DNA from: Phoronis australis
Taxonomy: Eukaryota > Animalia > Phoronida
Length of the DNA: 64,000 nucleotides
Direction of reading: 5' to 3'
NCBI GenBank assembly: GCA_002633005.1
Contig: NMRA01000383.1
Coordinates: 12,951-76,950, forward strand
Every line of letters begins with the position of its first letter. Positions within the stretch are counted from its first letter, which is position 1. The notes under the pieces were generated by a model that ran no database searches, had not been told where the DNA came from, and saw only the letters and a list, made by a program, of their open reading frames with translations. Both the position numbers and the translations under genes were made by a program. This document shows positions 23,673 through 37,307 of the stretch, piece after piece.

Positions 23673-26600
23673 ACTTGGCGGAATTCTTCCGTCAAGTATG
23701 TTGGTCTGACAGGAAGTTTTTTTTTTGTTCGCTCTCTACAGGTCACAATTTTGGTCCGATTTTCACGAAATTTGCACACAACGTGTAGATCGGGAACTGC
23801 TGGAACGCTATTGTTTTTGGTCATGATCGGAATACAAAATGGCGGACGTGGTGGCCATTTTGTATCCGATTTCACAGTCAAATACTCGTAGAGGCCGCAT
23901 ATTTCGACCTACATGGCTGAAAATCAATATGAATATACTAGAACGCATGTGCTACAATTGTGCAGAAAATCGTTGACTTCCCTTTAAAGATGGCGGAAGT
24001 ATTGGACGTGGCGCATGCGCACCCCGAAATATGGCTAAAAACGTTTTCTCCTGTAGAGGGCGCAATTGCAAACCAATCACTTTCAAACTGGTCACGTGTT
24101 TGTTGAGTTTAATAAGCTTTAATAAAAAATTATTGGACCGGAAGTCTCTTTCAAGATGGCGGCTGTGGCGCATGTTCACACGGTTTTAATCGCTCTGGTG
24201 TCGCATTTTTAACGGGAAGAGCAAATAACGTTTTTTGCATGTGTATTCCTTGAAGTATGGCCTTTCAAAAAGTATGCGAGAGCGTATTTCTCAGACTTAC
24301 CGTTTTCGAGTTATTTGACTTTGAATTTCAAAAAAAACGGCAAATTTTCAATTTTCTCGAAAATTTTTTGGATTTTTGCCAAACTAACACCATATATAGA
24401 ATTTTGAACGGGCTTTCAGAAGATATTTTCCATTTTGCGCTACGACGTCTACTTTTTGAATTATTCGAGATTTTCAGATACCGTTGTTCCTTCGGTCACC
24501 TAAGCAAGCACACAGCTGACTGGCATTCAGTTCACTTTGTTTTGGTTATGCCTAGTTGGCCCTGACTGACCCAGCCAGCACTGTCCTACTGTAGACTGGA
24601 CCGTCATGTTGCGCCATCTATTGTTCTTTATTGTAGTTTATTGTATGCTCTCTATTTGATTTCTTCGCTAGTCTCATGAATGTTATCGTGTTTTCCAAAC
24701 TACCATTTTAGATAGAGTTTTGAACGGGCTTTCAGAAGATATTTTCCATTTTGCGCTATGACGTCTACTTTTTGAATTATTCGAGATTTTCGGATACCAT
24801 TGTTCCTTCGGTCCTCTATGCAAGCATGCAGCTGGCTGGCTTTCAGTTCGCTTTGTTTTGGTTATGCCTAGTTGACCTAGACTGACCCAGCCAGCACTGT
24901 TCTACTGTAGACTGGACCGTCATGTTGCGCCATCTATTGTTCTTTATTGTAGTTGATTGTATGCTCTCTATTTGATTTCTTCGCTAGTCACATGAATGTT
25001 ATCGTGTTTGACAAAGTACCACTTTAGATAGAGTTTTGAACGGGCTTTCAGAAGATAATTTCCATTTTGCGCTACGACGTCTACTTTTTGAATTATTCGA
25101 GATTTTCGTATACCGTTGTTCCTTCGGTCACATATGCACGCAGCTGGCTGGCTTTCAGCTCACTTTGCTTTGGTTATGTCTGTACAAGTTAACAGAGAGT
25201 TGTGACCCCCACTGACCCAGGTAGCACTGTCGTACTGTAGACTGGAATTCCAGGCGAAATACTATTGTAAACATAACTTTGCTCTGCAGACTGTCACATA
25301 GTGCCACCTAATTTGGATTGCGGGAACAAAGCATGGCTCGTCCGTCATGTTGCGATATCTATTGTTCTTTGTTGTAGTTCATTATATGCTCTCTATTTAA
25401 TTTCTTCGCTAGTCACATGAATGTTACCGTGTTATCGATTATTGCCGCCTTGATCGTCATGATTGTCGTCGTCCTCCCCATTGTCGTCCTTTCGATTAAT
25501 TCCACCAAGTGTCGCTCCTCCGAGCGCTCTCGTTTTTTTTGTTTGTTCGCTCTCTACAGGTCGCAATTTTCGTCCAATTTTCTCGAAATTTGCACACATC
25601 ATGTAGATCCGGAAGTACTAGAAAGCTATTGTTTTTGGTCATGATCGGATACAAAATGGCGGACGTGGTGGCCATTTTGTATCCGATTTCACAGTCAAAT
25701 ACTCGTAGAGGCCGCATTTTTCGACCTACATGGCTGAAAATCGGTACGAATATACTAGAATGCATGTGCTACAACTGTGCAGAAAATCGTTGACTTCCGG
25801 TTAAAGATGGCTGAAATATCTGACGTGGCACATGCGCACCCCGAAATATGGCTAAAAACGTTTTCTCCTGTATAGGGCGCAATTGCAAACCAATCACTTT
25901 CAAACTGGTCACGTGTTTGTTGAGTTTAATAAGCTTTTATAAAAAATTATTGGACCGGAAGTCACTTTCAAGATGGCGGCTGTGGCGCATGTTCACACAG
26001 TTTCAATCGCTCTGGTGTCGCATTTTTAACGGGAAGAGCAAATAACGTGAATTTTTTGCATGTGGATTCCTTGAAGTATGGCCTTTCAAAAAGTCTGCGA
26101 CAGCGTATTTCTCAGACTTACCGTTTTCGAGTTATTTGGCTTTGAATTTCAAAAAAACGGCAAATTTTCAATTTTCTCGAAATTTTTTTGGATTTTTGCC
26201 AAACTACCACTTTAGATAGAAGTTTAAACGGGCTTTCAGAAAATATTTTCCATTTTGCGCTACGACTTCTACTTTTTGAATTATTCGAGATTTTCAGATA
26301 CCGTTGTTCCTTCGGTCACCTAAGCAAGCACGCAGCTGACTGGCTTTCAGTTCACTCTGTTTTGATTATGCCTAGTTGACCCAGACTGACCCAGCCAGCA
26401 CTGTTCTACTATAGACTGGACCGTCATGTTTTTTTTTTTTTTNATGAAACATGTACCATTCTCCTGGAGTGTAAAAATCAAGTCATTTTTACTATCACGA
26501 TTTTATCTAGAATTACACTCCATTAAACTTGTTAAGCAAGCCTTTTGTGTTAGTACACAATACTGTGGTTAAGCTTGTCAGAGATTACAGTCACACAAAG

Positions 26601-29311
26601 GAATCAACAGATGAAAGTTAAGTCTAATTTCTCTGAAAGTCAACCATTTTTCTCCATTCGATGTTTTTTGGTGAAAGTATTTCATACAAAACACATCTGT
26701 TTCACAACATGTGGAAATTCGTTTGCAAGTACCGGGTAGTATTTACTTGGCGGAATTCTTCCGCCAAGTATGTTGGTCTGACAGCAAGTTTTTTTGCTTG
26801 GCGGAATTCTTCCGCCAAGTATGTTGGTCTGANCCGAGCGCTCTCGGTTTTTTGTTTGTTTTTGTTTGTTCGCTCTCTACAGGTCGCAATTTTCGTCCGA
26901 TTTTCACGAAATTTGCACACAACGTGTAGATCGGGAATTGCTAGAACGTTTTGTTTTTGGTCATGATCGGATACAAAATGGCGGACGTGGCGGCCATTTT
27001 GTATCCGATTTCACAGTCAAATACTCGTAGAGGCTGCATTTTTCGACCTACATAGCTGAAAATCGGTCCGAATATACTACAACCCATGTGCTACACTTGT
27101 GCAGAAAATCGTTGACTTCCGATTAAAGATGGCGGAAATATTGGACGTGGCGCATGCGCACCCCGAAATATGGCCAAAAACGTTTTCTCCTGTAGAGGGC
27201 GTATTTGCAAACCAATTACTTTCAAACTGGTCACGTGTTTGTTGTTTAATAAGCTTTTATAAAACATTATTGAACCGGAAGTCACTTTCAAGATGGCGGC
27301 TGTGGGGCATGTTCACACGGTTTCAATCGCTCTGGTGTCGCATTTTTTATGGGAAGAGCAAATGACGTGAATTTTTGCATGTGGATTCCTTGAAGTATGG
27401 CCTTTCAAAAAGTCTGCGAGAGCGTATTTCTCAGACTTACCGTTTTCGAGTTATTTGACTTTGAATTTAAAAAAAACGGCAAATTTTTTGATATTTGCCA
27501 AACTACCACTTTAGATAGAGTTTTGAACGGGCTTTCAGGAGATATTTTCCATTTTGCGCTACGACGTCTACTTTTTGAATTATTCGAGACTTTCGGATAC
27601 CGTTGTTCCTATGCAAGCACGCAGCTGGCTGGCTTTCAGTTCACTTTGTTTTGGTTATGCCTAGTTGACCCAGACTGACCCAGCCAGCACTGTCCTACTG
27701 TAAAGCATGGCTCGTCCATCATGTTGCGCCATCTATTGTTATTTATTGTAGTTGATTGTATGCTCTCTATTTGATTTCTTCGCTAGTCACATGAATGTTA
27801 TCGTGTTTTCCAAACTACCATTTTAGATAGAGTTTTGAACGGGCTTTCAGAAGATATTTTCCATTTTGCGCTACGACGTCTACATTTTGAATTATTCAAG
27901 ATTTTCGGATACCGTTGTTCCTTCGGTCCTCTATGCAAGCACGCAGCTGGCTGGCTTTCAGTTCGCTTTGTTTTGGTTATGCCTAGTTGACCTAGACTGA
28001 CCCAGCCAGCACTGTTCTACTGCAGACTGGACCGTCATGTTGCGCCATCTATTGTTCTTTATTGTAGTTCATTATATGCTCTCCATTTGATTTCTTCGCT
28101 AGTCACGTGAATGTTACCGTGTTATCCATTATTGCCGCCTTGATCGTCATGATTGTCGTCGTCGCTCTCATTGTCGTCTTTTCGATTAATTCCGCCAAGT
28201 GTCGCTGTTCCGAGCGCTCTCGGTTTTTTGTTTGTTTTTGTTTGTTTGCTCTCTACAGGTCGCAATTTTCGTCCGATTTTCACGAAATTTGCACACAACA
28301 TGTAGATCCGGAAGTACTGGAACGCTATTGTTTTTGGTCGTGATCGGATACACAATGGCGGACGTGGCGGCCATTTTGTATCTGATTTCACAGTCAAATA
28401 CTCGTAGAGGCCGTATTGTTCGACCTACATGGCTGAAAATCGGTACGAATATACTAGAACGCATGTGCTACAATTGTGCAGAAAATCGTTGACTTCCGGT
28501 TCAAGATGGCGGAAATATTGGACGTGGCGCATGCGCACCCCGAAATATGGCTAAAAGCGTTTTCTCCTGTAGAGGGCGTATTTGCAAACCAATCACTTTC
28601 AAACTGGTCACGTGTTTGTTGAGTTTAATAAGCTTTTATAAAAAATTATTGAACCGGAAGTCACTTTCAAGATGGCGGCTGTGGCGCATGTTCACACGGT
28701 TTCAATCGCTCTGGTGTCGCATTTTTAACGGGAAGAGTAAATGACGTGAGTTTTTGCATGTGGATTCCTTGAAGTATGGCCTTTCAAAAAGTCTGCGAGA
28801 GCGTATTTCTCAGACTTACCGTTTTCGAGTTATTTGACTTTGAATTTCAAAAAAAAACGGAAAATTTTCAATTTTCTCAAAAAATGTTTGGATTTTTGCC
28901 AAACTACCACTTTAGATAGAATTTCGAACGGGCTTTCAGAAGATATTTTCCATTTTGCGCTACGACGTCTACTTTTTGAATTATTCGAGATTTTCGGATA
29001 CCATTGTTCCTTCGGTCCTCTCTGCAAGCACGCAGCTGGCTGGCTTTCAGTTCGCTCTGTTTTGGTTATGCCTAGTTGACCCAGACTGACCCAGCCAGCA
29101 CTGTTCTACTGTAGACTGGACCGTCATGTTGTGCCATCTATTGTTTTTTATTGTAGTTGATTGTATGCTCTCTATTTGATTTCTTCGCTAGTCACATGAA
29201 TGTTATCGTGTTATTCATAATTGCCGCCTTGATCGTCATGATTGTCGTCGTCTCCCTCATCGTCGTCTTTTCGATTAATTCCGGCAAGTGTCGCTCCTCC
29301 GAGCGCTCTCG
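23673..29311 (+). mobile_element. Tandem array of a non-autonomous Helentron-type (HINE) rolling-circle element, ~4 units
   Basis: 5' sub-TIR and hairpin ACTTGGCGGAATTCTTCCG(T/C)CAAGT at 23673, 26745 and ~26797. 3' sub-TIR AATTCC(G/A)(C/G)CAAGT plus hairpin CGCTC-CTCC-GAGCG-CTCTCG ending at 25532, ~28222 and 29311. The element sits in a T-run without a TSD and has internal ~300-bp subrepeats. Confidence 0.85.
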
Positions 29312-32300
29312 TTTTAAATATCGGTTATCGTCAGGCGTGCTGTTTACAACATAATTGCTGGATTACGTGAGCTGATCAGATGAAAGCAAACAATGAGAGA
29401 GCTGGACTTGCCACAGTCAAACTGATAAGGACACCCCTGCAACCCGACAGGCCGATCAGGCTGCCGGGTTACTCATTCCACAGCTCAGGTGTGTAACGAA
29501 TCCACCATTGTCAGTCTTACATATTTCCGGACTACTGAACCTTCAGGCTGGTTCACCTTCAGACTAGTGCATGTACTAGTACTAGTAACCTAATTAAAGA
29601 CATCATAGAGCTGCTAGTGCCAGTGAACAAACCCAATTGTTTGAATTCAATGGGTGATTTGATCCTATAAGTAACATCCGTAGATCATAAACAAGAATAG
29701 ATTTGCAACTTTTTCCCTAACTTTGCTACTACTGAAGCTTCTATGTTGACTGGTTAACCTCGAAGTTAAGCGTTAGTGTTCCCGTCAGCTTCGGAGTTAT
29801 AAATCAGCAAAGTTATCACAAGGCGGCACTAAAATGACCTTGTTGTTTTTGACAGTACTTGCCTTAAAAAATTGTAAGAACCTCTCCCTGTCCCCAGATA
29901 GAAATTCGAGTGTCAACTTCACAAGGCAGCCACCAGTTACCATAATGGGATGATTTCGATGTACTAGAAAATGACATATTAAAAAATTTGACTCTTGAAC
30001 AGGCTAACAGCCTATCCAAACAAAGGCGTTAAGGCATGGCTGTAACTCGTTATTTGTACACTACACATTCAGCGATTTTTTAACGTAAAGAATCCAGCAA
30101 ATACGTGGATAAATTAAAATGAATGCTTTTACCTCCAAAATAATAATTGTTAGAACAAAATATTAACTAATAGTAACCAGTCATTGCCCGCTCTGTGGCG
30201 AACGCAGGCAGTGACCCCTGCCAATATCTCCGATAACATGAAAGTTGAGTGTTCCCACTGCAACGAAGTGTTGACGCTTCGCTAGTAAATCCACTTCTTT
30301 AATTCGGAGTTAACTTGCACTGTGAACTTCGATTCAAGACGGAAGTTAAGTGTTCCCATTGACTGAAGTTTTTGCAACACTGAAGCTTCGGAGCCAATGG
30401 GAAAGACTTTTAAAATTCCAAGTGCAGGTGTCATTCATTGTATCTAACATCTTATTTTGGGTATTATATTTGGATGGTAAATCCTAGCTGTTATCTATCG
30501 TCCTGCATGACAGTACGGAGGTTAAAAACTTTTCAATATTGAAAAAACATTCAACTTCTTCGTTTACTTGGTTATTAAAATTGCTAGTGTTGTGATTGAC
30601 TTTGGCAAGAGTTTAGGATATTATGTAATTGTAAATCTCATAATCTAATAGCACAAACCATATTCAACAGATGTACACTATGGAAGTAAAATGGACCTGG
30701 CGTGCTTGCTATGACACAGCCTGTGAATAAAGATGTTGGGGCTCACAAGTTCACAGATCTCGTGCACTGTGAATAATATGTAGTTGGTGGTTTAAGTACG
30801 TTAGTTTATGGCAAGCCATTCGATTTAAGCAATTTTTATCAAAAACTCAAAATATGCGATACCAAAGGATAACCTGCTTGAATGTTTTTGTGGCAAACTG
30901 AAAATGTTATGAATTTTTTTCTTAAAATTTAAATTTCAGTAAAGCTCTTTCTAAGTGTTGTATGTCTTGCCAGTTAACACTGCAGTAATTCTCCACTTAA
31001 TGTATTTTGCACAAAAATAGTTCCACAAAATTGCCATTTTTCCATTTTTCGAAGTGTAATTATTAACTGCAAATAATGGAAAATTCGCTAAAGGTTATTT
31101 TATGACATCTTCACAGCACAAAACATACTAGCAATAGACTAAAAATTTATTTAATCTTTATTTTTCTAGAGAAATTTGACAGAATGGAATGTCAGCTGTT
31201 GTCCATATTGTGTGCAAAGTACGTAACTTAGTGAAAAATTACCATAATTTAAAGGCCTTCTGTGAAGGATAGCTGAGCTGACAACTTGCCTCAAGGTGTG
31301 GAAATACAACAACAGCTGAGTTAATGTGCCACCAATTAATGTAATTCACTTGATCTCACCTTGACACCATCTTTCAGCTCAGCTGTAGTTTACTTGTGGC
31401 AGACAGCTCAGCTGGCAACTCTCTGTCTACAGCAGCCTTTACTAGTGCTAACTATCATAAATAAACACAAGATATAAAATGCTTAGTGATGACAACCAAA
31501 GGCATAATTTGCTGAAAACTACTTTGTGCTTGGTTGAACAAATCTGAGATAGTTTTTAAGTCATTTTAGTACTGTTGTCTGATATGATTACTTAACCAAT
31601 AATTTTCTCTGTAAAACATAAGACATTCAATTTGCAGCATAACTTTTTATACTACTTCAGTCATTACATTGTATAGTTCTTAATCGATAACAATTGATTT
31701 CCTTTTGTTGCACTAGTTGGAAACACTGGGTAAATGTAATGCATGTATTGAATTTTATTGTCATTTGATTATTTGGACCTTCTAAAGGGTTACTCAAGCT
31801 GCTTTGTATTAGAGTTAGTCTGGACTAGTTCATGGTCAGAATATATTTTAGATCAGTGTGATAATGTGCTGTCACAAATTATCACTTCCCCACTTCATTC
31901 CACTGCCATAACCTAGAGGCTGGAACGTGATTAACAGACCAAATTGCAATATTGAAGGTGGTGCTCTGCCACTGAAACAGAATTCAACCTGCTCACCAGG
32001 TGTTTTTGAGGTTTGTTCGTCAAGATTTTTAATTTCTGTTGATATCAAAGCATCTTCTTTTAGTTTAAAATTTCAAAAAACAATATGTCAACTGTTTGCC
32101 ACTTCATCGATTTTTCTCCTACAAGGCAAAGCACGTCTCCTCATTTGGTATGGCACATTTCACTTATGTGGAAAATATGACCTTTGACCTCTAGCGACTT
32201 CAAGCAACTGACTGTGAGCGTATGTGTGCTGTTACGGTAATGTAAACGAATATAACAGCTCCTCTAATTATTTTGTACAATATTTACATCTATTAACATA

Positions 32301-34747
32301 TTTACAAACATTTGACAAGTTATACAAAACACATTACAGGAATGAATGCCAACATCATCACTTGAACTTGTGGTATCTCGAGTCGTCGTCATAACCTGGT
32401 CCACAGCTTCCACTAAATGTTACAGATGAGTTTCCATGTACAATGGCAGACGTTGCTGTCTACACAGTTTGAGACGCACACCACATCAACAAAACATTTG
32501 CTCAGTAGTTTGATGGCATATACACAAAACATCAGAATGTACAACACCAGTGTCTTGCTAACAATTTATCACTCACGTCCTACATTGTCACAGACCAACT
32601 TACACTCTGGGTAAAATCCAAAACTGCCCCCTAATGGGAATACCTAACGGCACATATTTCATGAGTGGGATGGAGATTTGAAACTCTGTGCTTACCACAG
32701 AGTTTTTCCTTGGCCCGTATTTAAAAAATCGTGAGTTTTGTGACTTTTTTCTAGACATTTCCTCACAGGAAAACGTGACTTACTATTTACTAAAGGTTGT
32801 GAGATGGTACTTTCGTCAAGAATTGTTTAAAAGAAATTTTTGACAAGTTTTCCCCTTCCCCTGCCTCTTTAAACGTTTCACGGTACCCTGAATCACTGAT
32901 TCATTCTAAATTCTAATTATTAAAACACTCAGATATAGTAAACCAGGCAATCACTGAATGACAGGCCCGTTGTTTAGTGGAGGAAACTGGTTATCTAAAT
33001 CACAGACCATTATATCCGACCAGAACCTTCATATTAGAATCTCAGTTACCATTTCTATTCTTGTTAGACTTGCTTTGATATATACTTAAAGTTATGCAGT
33101 GCCCAGAATACACTAACAACTTTGAGAGTGTACGAAATGACGAGCAGAAATTTGCACTCGTGTGAAGTCAGGCAAGACAAGAACAATAGGGCGGACCAAA
33201 CCTTTCATATTGTGTTTATGTAATCAGACTAGCTGGGTCCAGTTGCTTGTCTGGTCTCTTCGAATGTATTAACTTTAGTATAGTATCAAATTTAGACCGG
33301 TCTCAATGTGGCACCTTTCCCAATGGGACTAAAGTTATTGTGGAGAGAGAGAGCATGTTAGTCCTCCGTTACAGCATGTAATGGGAAAGACCCTTTAGTC
33401 TTGTCAAATTGATTTTCTTTAAATGCCATATGCCAGAGTTGATAGTTTCCAGTGATTCGCAGTGATACATTTATACAGTATTAAAAGAACAATCGTTCTA
33501 AGGAACCCTGTCAAGCCCCACAAATATAATTGGCTGCATTATAATTATCAATATAAATCCATCATTGTTTTTGTTGGTGTGGGAACTAAATAATAAATAA
33601 TTTTTAATTCAAGTGTTGGTCTAGTTTAAATTAGCTTAAATCATTTTAAACTGGCCTACACAAATAAAAAATCAGCAAATATCTAATATATACAAAGGCT
33701 AGTTTGCGAGATGAACATGTTTGTGAGGGCTTATCAACGTCTTCACTCCTCGACCAACAGATTATAATTTGAACAAAAACCCTTGCAGAGCTTATGATAA
33801 ACCAGAGGGTATTGGTGAAACATTAGTTTTCAAGATTTTTATCCAGAAACCTGTGGTTCACTATTGTTTTTAATAGTTGACCACACAACTTAGTCTTATT
33901 GCACTGACAGTAGACAAGGGGTCTGGTCTGATTTGGCGGAATTTTGATGGAAAATATAGTTCTTCTAAATCATCTCCATCTAATTATGACCTGAACTCTA
34001 CATTTGGTTTTAGCGCTTTTCATGATGTAGTCAAGACAGGATGTTGTTGTTCCATTAAATATGTTTGTCTCTAACTATACTTGTGAATAAACAAGTCACA
34101 CTTAGTGTGATCTGAGAGTGAAGTGCTGTAAAACCAGTTTCAGTTTCATTAAAAATGTATGTTTTAATGATAGTCTCATAATTTGCACTGACTGTGGGTT
34201 GGTTATTATTCAAAACTGGTCAATACATTCATTTGATTAATGCAGTAGAGTGTGCATGGCAGGCTAGCTTATCGTCAGTGTGGCTGCTGAGAACTATTGA
34301 TATTTTTAGGATATTGATGGATTTTGTAGTCATGCTCTGGCAACGTGCTGTTTCATTCGTTAATGAAGCCAGTCTTGAGTGAAGACCCGCCCGCACTGCT
34401 ATCAAGAAAGTGGAGTAGCACTTACCTTGAGTGAAGATAGCGTAGGTAACAATAACAAATGAATACTGACCAGTATTTTAGTCAGGAAAGTGGAGGTAAA
34501 ACTTACCTTGAGTGCAGATAGTGTATGTAACACTAACTTTAGTGAAGACTGACCAGTACTGTAGTAGGAGTGTTCTCACCATAGACTACTGTCCCACTCT
34601 GTAGCTACAGATACCTCTCACCAATTATGGACAATAATAGTTGCCAAAATTGACATTGTATTTGCTCATGCTGTGATACAGAACTTCCAATGTCATAAAG
34701 CTTTAAATTTTGTTTGGTACTACTAATCTTTTATGAAAAAAACAAAA

Positions 34748-35166
34748 TATTGTGTCCCAAGTTTGGTGATATTATGTCCAAGGTTTGTGATATTGTGTCC
34801 AAAGTTGGTGATACTGTGTCCAAGGTTGGTGACATTGTGTCCAAGGTTGGTGACATTGTGTCAAAGATTGTTGATATTGTGTCTAAGGTTGGTGATATGT
34901 CAAAGATTGGTGATATTGTGTCCAAGGTAGGTAATATTGTGTTCAAGGTTGGTGATATTTTGTCCAAGGTATGTGATATTGTATCCAAGGTAGGTGATAT
35001 TGTGTCCAAGGTTGGTGATATTGTGTCCAAGGTTGGTGATATTGTGTCCAAGATTGGTGATGTTGTGTCTAAGGTTGGTGATATTGTGTCTAAGGTTGGT
35101 GATACTTAGGTTGGTGATATTTTGTCCAAGGTTGGTGATATTGTGTCCAAGGTTGGTGATATTGTG
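34748..35166. repeat. 21-bp minisatellite, ~20 copies
   Basis: AAGGTTGGTGATATTGTGTCC repeated. Confidence 0.95.
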
Positions 35167-35349
35167 CTTTATATGGATGGGTATAAGGTTATGGTGGATA
35201 TTCTGTTGGTTTGTATCAAACCATCAAGACTGATTGTGTTAACATTAATTTCAAAACTAGCTTTATAATTTTAATTCATTATAATTAACTTTACAAAACA
35301 TGAACACAATTCAACTTTTTATCGTTGCACTTTAATACAGATTTTTTAT

Positions 35350-37307
35350 GCTAGAAGGAATGCTTTTTGAATTATTTGAGATTTTCTGATAACGCTGTTC
35401 CTTTATTGTCTGACTGTGGCACTCTTGTTGGTTTACTTTTTACTCAACAAGACTGTGGCTTATTTCTTACTGATTTCGGACATCTTTGTTTGTCCTGCGA
35501 ATTGTAGTTCGAGAAGTACAGGAACCCTATTGTTTTTCGTCATAATTGGATCCAAGATGGCGGATGTGGTGGCCATTTTGTTTTCAATGTCAGATTCAAA
35601 TGCTCATAGAGGCCTAATTTTTGACGTACACGGCTGAAAATTGGTAGGAAAATTGAACAATATGATTGCTACAGATGTGCGGGAAATTGTTTACTTTCAG
35701 TCAAAGATCGCAGAAATATCAGCAATTGCACATGCGCACCTCGATTTTGAGCAAAAACATTTTCTGCTGTAGAGGGCGCATTATAAAACCAATTGCTGTA
35801 AAATTTTCCAGGTAATAGTTTTCTATGACACGCTATTATTTAATGCTGAAAAAATGTAAGTTGTTTCCAAGATGGTGGACCTGGCGCATTTTGACCCATT
35901 TTCAGTCGTGCTGGGGTGCCATTTTAAACAGGAAGATAAAATGACGTGAATTTTTGCATGTGGATTTTTTGAGGTTTACCCTTTCAAATGGCCTGTAACA
36001 ATTTCATTCTCAGATTTAATGTTTTCGAGTTATTTGACTTTGAATTTCAGAAAAAGTGCAAAATTTCAATTCTTTTGGAATATTTTACGGAATTTAGCGA
36101 AACTATCATGTTAGATAGAGTTTTGAAAGGGCTATCAGAAGATATTTTTCGTTTTTTGCTAAGATGTCTACTTTTTGAATTATTCAAGATTTTCTGGTAG
36201 CTCTGATTCGTTGACCAGTCTTGCTGCACTGATGTTGGTTTAGCTTCTATTGAACAAGAGTGTAGCCTATTACTTACTGATTTATGACATCTTCGCTAGT
36301 CATATGAATATTATCGTGTTGTTCATTATCGCCACCTTCATCATCATAATCTTCATCGTCATCTCCATCGTCGTGTTTTCAGTTAATTTCATTTTTTTGT
36401 TTGTTTTCACTCTGCTGGTCGCAATTATCGTCTGAAGTGCTGGAAGCCTTTTGTTTTTGGTTATGATGAGATCCAATATGGCGGACATGGTGGCCATTTT
36501 GTTTCCGATTTCAAGTTCAGATACTCTAGAGGCTGCATTTTTTGAGGTACCCAACTGAAAATTTGCACAAATATAGAAGTAGACAAAATCTATCAATTAG
36601 TGCGAAATCAAGGATCGCGGAAATATTGGCAATTGCACATGTGCACCTCGTTTTCAGGCTAAAAACGTTTAATCCTATAGAGGTCGCATTATAGGAGCAA
36701 TTGCTTCGGAATTCGTCAGCTTTTAGTTTCTTACAACAAGCTATTATGCAGTGCTGCGGAACCAGAAGTTGCTTTGAAGATGGCAAATCTGGCGTATTTG
36801 CACTCATTTTCAATCATTCTATGGTGACATTTTTAACGGAAAGAGCAAATGATGTGAATTTTTGCATGCGGATTTCTTAAAGTTTAATTTCTTTAAATGT
36901 TCTGTCTGCAACAAGGTTTTTCTCAGACTTACCGCTTTTTGTTATTTGACTTTGAAATTTTTCAAAAATTTTTACAAATTTTGTGGAAATGTTCTATAAG
37001 ATAGAATTTTTAATGTGCTTTTGGAAGGTTGTTTTCATTTTTCACTATGATATCTACTTTTTGAGTTATTTGAGATTTACTGAAAACGTTCCTTTGTTGA
37101 CTGATTTTGCTGCAGTGTTGTTGGTTTACCTTCTATTGAACAAGAGTGTGTCCTACTTCTTACTGACTTCTGACATCTTCGTTGGTCATATGAATGTGAT
37201 CATCATGTTCATCATCGCCACCATAATCATCATCGTCGTCATCCTCTCCGTCGTCATCGTCTTTTCGATTAATTTCACCAAGTGTCGCTCCTATGAGCGT
37301 TCTTGTT
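35350..37307 (+). mobile_element. Older diverged member of the same Helentron-type family (~2 internal units)
   Basis: Shares blocks with 23673-29311 (ATGGCGGA.TGGTGGCCATTTTG, GCACATG.GCACC, GAGTTATTTGACTTTGAA) and ends AATTTCACCAAGTGTCGCTCCTATGAGCGTTCTTGTT. Confidence 0.8.

Noticed and set aside
23589-29354. Many similar short ORFs as a gene cluster
   Set aside because: They are recurrent translations of the repeated non-coding element, differ by frameshifts between copies, and show no Rep or helicase motifs.
34714-35233. Heptad-like ORF (VGDIVSK)n
   Set aside because: A 21-bp tandem repeat that is open in several frames on both strands; no splice or start support.
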